DNA from: a virus
Lineage: Duplodnaviria > Caudoviricetes
Reading direction: 5' to 3' (one strand)
Length of the DNA: 64,000 nucleotides
IMG/VR virus record: IMGVR_UViG_3300031867_005677
Location: 1 to 64,000 of that record
Under the pieces are notes generated by a model that saw only the letters and a list, made by a program, of their open reading frames with translations, had not been told where the DNA came from and made no database searches. Of this stretch, positions 58,201 through 64,000 are shown piece after piece. How positions within the stretch are numbered: the stretch's first letter is position 1; the number at the start of each line of letters is the position of its first letter. The position numbers and the translations under genes were made by a program.

Positions 58201-60805
58201 ATTTACCAGAATTTTCTCCAATCAATTCATAGAAATAATTCATTTTAACATAATTACCATATTTATCAATGAAATAATCACCTTTATCATTTTTTGAATA
58301 AAGTTTAGAATATCTATTATATCTATTATCATATGATAATGGTTTTAAATTTTTATATCTTTCAAAACTATAAAAATTTGCATTATCATAATCATCAGTT
58401 AATTCTACTATAGTACTATTATTCTTATATTTATAGAAGTAATTTATTTTAACATATTCTCCATCAATATATAAATATAAACCATTTGATTTCTTTTCAT
58501 ATTCATAATCATCATATGTTATTGTAATAGGTATAGTTACACAATTTTCATTAACATAATACAAATCTTCTATATTAGATGCATTATAATTACTAAATTC
58601 ATTAAATTTATCATCTATAATATGATTACTTTGCATAAATAATAGTCTATTTGTATCAGGGAATATAACACGGATATTATCTGATATTCTAGGTATATAA
58701 ATTGGATTATCTACAATTGTTGTAAATCCAATCGTAGACAATTTAGTAGTATTAGCATAGACTTTATGTGCTATAGAAGCTCGATTAATATTAATATGAA
58801 CAGGTAAGAAATATTGTTGATAATAATATTTAAGACAATCTAATTTAAGTGCCAATTCATTAAATATAAAATTATAATAAGGTTTATAGAATGTAATATC
58901 ATCTTTAACTACTTCTACATTCTTACTAAATAAATCTTCTAATTTTGGTTTACCTTCACCAATAAAAACATTATCATAATTTTGTTGATAGTTTTCATTA
59001 ATTTCTTTATTATCTAAAACTGTTAAAGATATATTATTCGTCTTATTGAAATATTTAAATGTTTCTTTAATATCATTATTAATATCAAAATAATCTAATA
59101 CAAATTGATTTTGGAATTCATTATCTGTTTTTATAAGTTGACTAATGGCAATATGGTTTTTCCAACCAAACCATTTTAATGAATTCATCATTGATTTAAA
59201 ATTACCAGTTTCGCCTTTAATATTCATATAATTTAAAAGCAATTCTTTTAACTTATTCTTCAATAATTTTTCATCTGCATTTTTTGAATAAAATGATGAA
59301 CTATAAATAGCTTTAAGAATTTCTTTAGGTAAACGTATACCCATATTCTTACCATTTATAATTAATTCTTCACATTCATCTATAAATGTACAACCAACAG
59401 TGATTGGTGTAAATATATTTGCTAATTCATACTCTGTTGTTGTAATTGTCTTACCTTCAGTATTTTCAGCAATTTGTCTATTATCTACATCTAACCAAAA
59501 ATCACGAGTTTTCCCCAAATAAACTGGTGTTTGCCTAATAGTATAACCAATAATATTACCTTTAGAATCACGATAATTATAAGGTTTCCAAATATAATTT
59601 GTTTCACCATTAATTGTTTGAGGTTCATATTGTGCATTAATTTCTAATAAGTGTTGAACATGATATTTATCTTCATTATTTACATATTGTTCATCTCCTG
59701 GATAAGTACTTTGGCAAAATTCATAATAATCAGAACCATATTCTGTTTCATCATCATCATCCATTTCTATATAACCTTCATGGTTAGTACATAAAACAGA
59801 TCCACAATAGTTACACCCATCATATATTTCACCTTCAAATACATACCAACCGGCAGGAAGTTCATTCTCTAATCTATAAATATAATGGTATGAATCAGTA
59901 AACATATTACCAAATAATTGCCAATTACCATTATTATCTTGTGACAAGAAATTCCTTATACGTTTATATTGATTTGCTTGTTCTGGAGCATCTTTATCAT
60001 ATGCTGTTGATAGAATATTATTTGTTCTTACATATTGTACATAAGGATCTCCACTATATAATATTTCATGTTTATTAAATCCAGCATTAAGCCCTTGTGT
60101 ATATTTTTCATTATTAAAACCTACATTAATTACTAATACTGGTGATGATGACTTTGTTTGAGTAGCAATATCATAACTATAAATTTTAATAGGGCTTAAT
60201 GATTGTTTAATTATATAATCATAATATTCTTCACGAGTATAATGTTTAGTAATAATTTTTGAAGTTTCTTTTTGATATGTATACTTAATAGTAATATTAT
60301 TTAAAAATGTACCTTCTATTTCAGAAAACCCAACAACATAAAATGGAAACATATAGAATTTATTATTAGTGGTATTTGAAGAAACTACAAGATTAATATT
60401 ATCTTCATTGGAATTAGCTCCTTCAATATCAAAATAAAAATCATCTAAGGTCAACTTATCTACAAATTGAGACTTATCTAAACCTACTGGCTTAGAAATA
60501 CTATCTGATTGTTCTAATTGAGATTGTAAATATTTAGGACTTATAAGTTTATAGAATTGAGAACTATTCGAAATCTCTAATGAAAAATATGATTTAATTT
60601 CATCGTTATCATCAGTATATATACTATCTTTTATAAATTTTGCATCTAATAAAAATCTAACTGGTTTAATATAATAATTATTTATTGATACTGATGAATC
60701 TTTTAACCAGAATATATAATCTCCTTCAACATATTCTAAGTTAATAGGTTTATCTTCATAAGAAGGTAAGCTAAAAATATGACCTGTACTGTCTATAAAT
60801 TCCAT
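55205..60805 (-). CDS. large baseplate/tail protein (gp7/gpI-like wedge segment) with C-terminal CLec/DUF1566-like module
   Basis: LLNYMNIKGETGNFKSMMNSLKWFGW (about 59160-59230); C-terminus GDWYIPAFAEV...LWTTTEYSSSQMWEI; late-type motif upstream. Confidence 0.6.
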   Translation of the reverse strand: MEFIDSTGHIFSLPSYEDKPINLEYVEGDYIFWLKDSSVSINNYYIKPVRFLLDAKFIKDSIYTDDNDEIKSYFSLEISNSSQFYKLISPKYLQSQLEQSDSISKPVGLDKSQFVDKLTLDDFYFDIEGANSNEDNINLVVSSNTTNNKFYMFPFYVVGFSEIEGTFLNNITIKYTYQKETSKIITKHYTREEYYDYIIKQSLSPIKIYSYDIATQTKSSSPVLVINVGFNNEKYTQGLNAGFNKHEILYSGDPYVQYVRTNNILSTAYDKDAPEQANQYKRIRNFLSQDNNGNWQLFGNMFTDSYHYIYRLENELPAGWYVFEGEIYDGCNYCGSVLCTNHEGYIEMDDDDETEYGSDYYEFCQSTYPGDEQYVNNEDKYHVQHLLEINAQYEPQTINGETNYIWKPYNYRDSKGNIIGYTIRQTPVYLGKTRDFWLDVDNRQIAENTEGKTITTTEYELANIFTPITVGCTFIDECEELIINGKNMGIRLPKEILKAIYSSSFYSKNADEKLLKNKLKELLLNYMNIKGETGNFKSMMNSLKWFGWKNHIAISQLIKTDNEFQNQFVLDYFDINNDIKETFKYFNKTNNISLTVLDNKEINENYQQNYDNVFIGEGKPKLEDLFSKNVEVVKDDITFYKPYYNFIFNELALKLDCLKYYYQQYFLPVHININRASIAHKVYANTTKLSTIGFTTIVDNPIYIPRISDNIRVIFPDTNRLLFMQSNHIIDDKFNEFSNYNASNIEDLYYVNENCVTIPITITYDDYEYEKKSNGLYLYIDGEYVKINYFYKYKNNSTIVELTDDYDNANFYSFERYKNLKPLSYDNRYNRYSKLYSKNDKGDYFIDKYGNYVKMNYFYELIGENSGKLSNRFDATHFSIVKNEDIQDLSDYIDNRYLKISEYYFNCKLILTATTINQDPSGHYIKLGDRYIYKEKFYKSDFSESDDLSNENYIKYYDKYIRIDSKDRYDIQTIYLVDDNNFNYYQNSNQYYMNFILIPRLLNNNIDYEKAYFRLSLMVNDKWFNYDFRIVTPNIYLDLGRLEYKYEITKDDSVYYPFKQLRSLSPLKFNSFIYEPDLVTINTLFKGKDSEDNDKLLTFIDKLLETDDGTNNPDQHKMYEFYKKYYSNILKVPYNTKYYNRIHIFDIYVEEWGGIDYIIKLEDYSLSIGQSWEEWSPYNGGINNIIKGWRNYLGDIVEEYPDSTIRFYRDNIPLEPMNINNLLIHYHMVYEGIEYDLPILDDIEGSINKFDIINNGEVIDTLYRYNGRAFKYLYTKLGNTRVDHTTVDLYWYSINQINTTQTAPLKNNGKMQYDPNADYTSLYQTFFNSDLSYKYQLKENNVIYDYYLMHDDKEWYIVAISQYPIASYPDADLLNIHDKEHIIGGYRIVYNDYSVDKFLINRMVIKKANGYNQFNKDDLVIVGVNNNDYQFNIDLNNKWTVSRIYDINSVYDVNSNTNLTIITNDNIDNLYAPGYYNIKLQYTINGLNNILHNAIAQYRILDKYQDIKYPEIIEPIIEEETFDIKDTISDFTILYENENGQRFKSKEIVDPSLGWRPIGIKILNNGYFGPEQKYSIYIGLKMLSTVKDNNGEFKFSNSGSQSSNSVPAFGFYNIDIPTLKNYPYICYSDEGHTLTKNMIYPQTDYHNYQNSYPNNYGDATLAGQFKWPAPNDRGWYYDPASASGNIYNVNLLNDDDTFNSNLIDENSSVSDWNGWENTMNIIKAFGEQYSIMDENGNIDEHNISNWFNESGNIINNTNLRFSPMCACAYKYKTKSTNYGDWYIPAFAEVFFLSYNFQRLTNLFSDIANRYPEDCKVDLLTSLGSNALWTTTEYSSSQMWEIHPSQHAHPLSKSTSWRSFPYIRIEE

Positions 60806-60823
60806 TAAATTTACATATGTTTA

Positions 60824-60837
60824 TTTAATAAAAATAA
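60824..60837 (-). promoter_or_regulatory. putative late promoter (back to back with variant TTATTTTTAAATATAAA at 60848-60864 +)
   Basis: TTATTTTTATTAAA on the minus strand. Confidence 0.5.
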
Positions 60838-60880
60838 GACTATAAAATTATTTTTAAATATAAATTGATAATAATATTTT

Positions 60881-61795
60881 ATGAAAAGCTTCAAACAAAC
60901 ATATTTTGTTGAAAATGTTAATACTATAAATGGTTTTGTTATTCTAAAACCAGAATTTCTAGATCATGAAGAAGACTTTCTAAAACTTCTTAAAAATAAT
61001 GGATGGGATATTATTCAAAAACAAAAAAGAACTCTATCTAATGATGAAGCAGCAGAACTTTATAAAATGCATAAGGATAAAGATTTCTATAAGCCTTTAT
61101 GCAAATATATGAGTTCTGGTGATTGTCTTTGTTGTATGTGTCATAAAGATTGTAATGATCCTATTAAAGATATGGATGCTATTAAAGACAAGGTTCGTAA
61201 GACATGGGGAAAAGATGAAATGAAAAATGGTATGCATTCATCAGATAGCTTAGATAATGTCAATCGTGAATCTAAACTTATATTTGAAAAGAAAGTTGTA
61301 GAATCTGAAAGTGATGATTTGCAAATAAAAATGGAAGCATCAGAAATCAAAACATTAGTAGAAATGTTAAAGAATGCATTAGCTGAAGAAATATTAGCTT
61401 GGTATCATTATACAATATGTGCTCCATTCTTGACAGGTAAAATGCGTCCGGATGTGGAGAAACTATTTATAGAAACTGCTAAAGATGAATTTGAAGATCA
61501 TGCTTGTTGGTTAATGGAAAGACTTCGTCAATTGGGAGAAGATCCAGGAGAATTATTAGATCCAAATCAGATGAATACTATTGCAAAACATAAATATATC
61601 ATGCCTTCATTTGATACTAAGAAAGCTATTCAAAATAATATTGAAGCGGAAAAGGGAGCTATAGAGACTTATACAGAATTAGAAACATTCACTAAAGACA
61701 AAGATATAGTAACACATGCTAAAATAGAAGAGATATTAGCTGATGAACAAGAACATCTTAAATTATTAAATAAATTAGCTGAAGATATAAAATGA
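60881..61795 (+). CDS. nucleoside diphosphate kinase fused to DPSL/bacterioferritin-like domain
   Basis: NDK: FVILKPE, HKDKDFY..L..YMSSG, KNGMHSSDS (His119). Ferritin-like: ALAEEILAWYHY, DEFEDH, EAEKGAI, KDIVTH, ILADEQEH. Confidence 0.88.
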   Translation: MKSFKQTYFVENVNTINGFVILKPEFLDHEEDFLKLLKNNGWDIIQKQKRTLSNDEAAELYKMHKDKDFYKPLCKYMSSGDCLCCMCHKDCNDPIKDMDAIKDKVRKTWGKDEMKNGMHSSDSLDNVNRESKLIFEKKVVESESDDLQIKMEASEIKTLVEMLKNALAEEILAWYHYTICAPFLTGKMRPDVEKLFIETAKDEFEDHACWLMERLRQLGEDPGELLDPNQMNTIAKHKYIMPSFDTKKAIQNNIEAEKGAIETYTELETFTKDKDIVTHAKIEEILADEQEHLKLLNKLAEDIK

Positions 61796-62325
61796 AAAAT
61801 CTAAAAGATATAATTATTGAGAAGTTAAAAATCAATTCTAATTCTAAAGTTAATAATAAATTTGACCCAGAAAGATTAACTGATCATAGATTTGTTTTAT
61901 ATGATTCTCAATCTTATGAAAATGAAGATGATGAAGCGGTTGATTGGAAAGATTGTGAAGATTCTTTAATGTCTTATAATGACCAAGCCGCTGGTTTTAT
62001 TACATGTGATAACCCAATATCTAAAATTAAAAATTATAGTAAAGATATAAGTTTAATTGATGAGGATTTATTGTCATTAAGAGAAAGAATTATTACCGGT
62101 AAAGATCTTGGTTATGAAATTAGATATGAATATGGGCATTTAGAATTTGATTGTATTAATTCTGGTTCTAGACGTACATTCTATATTTATGGATTACCCA
62201 AAAATGCTTATGATAAAATAATTACTTGGTGGGAATCTCCAGATGAATTAGAAGGAGACACTGATGAAGAAAAATTAGCTTTCTTATTTGAAGAAGGAAA
62301 TATAATAGCAATTGAAGATAAATGA
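61792..62325 (+). CDS. putative internal protein (CTS-like leader + KLKINS motif)
   Basis: Starts MKNLKDIIIE-KLKINSNSKVN. Confidence 0.55.
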   Translation: MKNLKDIIIEKLKINSNSKVNNKFDPERLTDHRFVLYDSQSYENEDDEAVDWKDCEDSLMSYNDQAAGFITCDNPISKIKNYSKDISLIDEDLLSLRERIITGKDLGYEIRYEYGHLEFDCINSGSRRTFYIYGLPKNAYDKIITWWESPDELEGDTDEEKLAFLFEEGNIIAIEDK

Positions 62326-63197
62326 AAACTTTAAAAGAAATTATTTTAATATCTAAAAAGCCATCATCTATAGATAATTATATACAAGAAAAACTCAAAA
62401 TTGGATCAAAGACAAAGGTAAATATGTATACTTGTCAACCAAAAGATAAAAATGAACTTAAAAGTATAATAAAAGAACGTCTAGATAAAGATAAGAATGC
62501 TGACTTAAATGATATAGATGTATCTAAAATAAATGATATGTCTACTTTATTTAATCAATTAGATCCTCACAATATAGACTTAAGTGAATGGGATGTATCT
62601 AATGTTATTGATATGAATGAAATGTTTTTAGGATGTGATAATTTTAATTGTGATTTATCTAAATGGGATATATCAAAAGTCAAATGTATGATAAGTATGT
62701 TTAGATACTGTGAAAATTTTAATGGTGATATATCTAAATGGGATGTATCTAATGTTACTGATATGAGTAATATATTTAATAATTGTGAAAAATTTAATTG
62801 TGATTTATCTAAGTGGGATGTATCAAATGTTACTAATATGAAATGTATGTTTTTCCATTGTAATAATTTCAATTTTGACTTAAGTGAATGGGATGTATCT
62901 AATGTTACTGATATGAATGAAATGTTTTTTGGGTGTAATAATTTTAATTCAGATTTAAGTGAATGGGATGTATCTAATGTTACTAATATGAGTGATATGT
63001 TTGGTAATTGTGAAAAATTTAATTGTGATTTATCTAAGTGGGATGTATCAAATGTTACTAATATGAAATGTATGTTTTATAATTGTAATAATTTTAATTC
63101 TGACTTAAGTAATTGGGATGTTTCAAATGTTAAAAATATGTATTTTATGTTTGATGGGTGTAAATCACTAAAAAATAAACCAAGTTGGTACAAATGA
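62322..63197 (+). CDS. DUF285 / BspA-type repeat protein with CTS-like leader
   Basis: Eight 25-aa WD[VI]S[NK]V..M..[MI]F..C..FN.DLS units; leader MKTLKEIILI...NYIQE-KLKIGSKTKVN. Confidence 0.85.
   Translation: MKTLKEIILISKKPSSIDNYIQEKLKIGSKTKVNMYTCQPKDKNELKSIIKERLDKDKNADLNDIDVSKINDMSTLFNQLDPHNIDLSEWDVSNVIDMNEMFLGCDNFNCDLSKWDISKVKCMISMFRYCENFNGDISKWDVSNVTDMSNIFNNCEKFNCDLSKWDVSNVTNMKCMFFHCNNFNFDLSEWDVSNVTDMNEMFFGCNNFNSDLSEWDVSNVTNMSDMFGNCEKFNCDLSKWDVSNVTNMKCMFYNCNNFNSDLSNWDVSNVKNMYFMFDGCKSLKNKPSWYK
62575..63170 (+). repeat. 75-bp in-frame tandem repeats
   Basis: Includes an about 70-bp identical direct repeat at 62781 and 63006 (225 bp = 3 units apart). Confidence 0.9.
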
Positions 63198-63658
63198 AAA
63201 CTTTAAAAGAAATAATCATTGAAAAATTAAAAATTTCTTCTAATTCTAAAGTTATTGGTGAATTAGATAATTTTGATAATTTTGCCAAAGAATATGATGG
63301 TGAATATTCTGAAGGAGTAATTTTATTTAATGAAGATAGTCTTTTTTATAAGAAAGCTATAGATATTATATCAAAAAGATATAGTGGATTTAAATCAAGA
63401 TTAATTTGTGATAGAATAGCAGGTAATTCAATGACAAAAAAATATAGATATTATGTTTCAATATTCACATCACAAAGAATAAATGTATCATGTGTTGACA
63501 GAGGTCAGGCAAAATCAGTATCATTTATGATGATTCAAAATATGGAATCCGATAAACAAATTAAATTAACTTATGGTGTTAACGATCCTGATGAATCTAT
63601 AGAGAAAACCTATGTAAATATAATACTTAATAATATCATCAATGGAAAATTTGATTAA
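63194..63658 (+). CDS. putative internal protein (start revised to ATG 63194)
   Basis: Starts MKTLKEIIIE-KLKISSNSKVI; ATGA overlap with the previous stop. Confidence 0.55.
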   Translation: MKTLKEIIIEKLKISSNSKVIGELDNFDNFAKEYDGEYSEGVILFNEDSLFYKKAIDIISKRYSGFKSRLICDRIAGNSMTKKYRYYVSIFTSQRINVSCVDRGQAKSVSFMMIQNMESDKQIKLTYGVNDPDESIEKTYVNIILNNIINGKFD

Positions 63659-64000
63659 TATAATTGAAAAATTAAAAATTAGTTCAAAAACAAAAGTATC
63701 TACAGAAATAGAAATGGAAACAATAGATGATTTATGTAAAAAATATAATTGTGAATTCCATCATGATTCAACTAATGATACTTTTAATTATAATTATTTA
63801 ACTCATGATAATAAACAAATAACACTTATAATTGAAGATATAATAAAATATTCATGGACAGCTTGGAAACAATTAATTCAAAATACCGAAAAATATATTG
63901 ATAAATTTAATGATAACCAAAAATATCAATTAAAGATTAGAAAAAACAATGATGCTAAATTAATTGTTATTGATTGTGAAGGAAAATTAAATAATAAATA
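63642..64000 (+). CDS. putative internal protein, 3' truncated by window edge (absent from ORF track)
   Basis: Starts MENLINIIE-KLKISSKTKVS and stays open to the window end. Confidence 0.55.
   Translation, partial: MENLINIIEKLKISSKTKVSTEIEMETIDDLCKKYNCEFHHDSTNDTFNYNYLTHDNKQITLIIEDIIKYSWTAWKQLIQNTEKYIDKFNDNQKYQLKIRKNNDAKLIVIDCEGKLNNK

Noticed and set aside
9895-60805. Genome-wide TAG-to-Gln recoding as in Lak-type phages
   Set aside because: The 1866-, 1239- and 1213-aa genes and all late genes are intact under code 11, and coding density is already near complete. Only two tiny ambiguous cases remain (listed as a weak finding).
62575-63170. CRISPR array
   Set aside because: The repeats are 75-bp in-frame coding units with no unique spacers; they encode DUF285 repeats.
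1-64000. Bacterial chromosome fragment (dnaK, nadD, nadE, guaC-like, ndk present)
   Set aside because: These genes are interleaved with baseplate, neck and holin-like genes and dozens of short phage-type ORFs, and none is in its usual bacterial operon context.
1-64000. tRNA, tmRNA or rRNA genes
   Set aside because: No GC-rich cloverleaf or TTCGAATC-type T-loop was seen by eye, and the intergenic gaps are short and AT-rich. tRNAscan-SE/ARAGORN would be decisive.

Overview
This window is 64 kb of a very AT-rich jumbo/mega myovirus genome with T4-type morphogenesis genes (gp25- and gp6-like baseplate, gp13-like neck). The host is probably an anaerobic gut Bacteroidota. That is an inference from the absence of Shine-Dalgarno motifs and from Bacteroidota-type adhesin, DPSL and VirE-N domains. 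Minus-strand blocks (1-9.7, 27.5-54.2 kb) hold early, metabolic and replication genes: dnaK, dCMP deaminase, formate/nitrite channel, ADP-ribosylglycohydrolase, RuvC-like resolvase, DinG-like helicase, nadD, Nudix, nadE, GMP reductase/IMPDH and an AEP primase-SF2 helicase fusion. Many of these blocks are preceded by a repeated TTGAA(T/A)-N15-CTATATT promoter. Plus-strand blocks (9.8-27.4, 54.3-55.2, 60.9-64 kb) plus one 1866-aa minus-strand gene are late/virion genes, several preceded by TTATTTTTAWTAAA. The strongest signal is a family of about 14 late genes with unrelated bodies that share a 10-residue leader M-K-x-[LI]-x-x-[FYI]-[IVF]-x-E, closely matching the T4 capsid-targeting sequence. 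Seven of them continue with a second basic motif, KLK[IV]xS[KN][ST]. The tagged cargo includes an NDK-DPSL(ferritin) fusion and a DUF285 repeat protein. An AAA+ ATPase and a glycine-zipper peptide in the same block carry related Glu motifs. Together this suggests a large head-packaged, injected proteome. The standard genetic code fits. No tRNA, CRISPR array, intron or intein was recognised. All family assignments come from motif recognition by eye; no searches were run.
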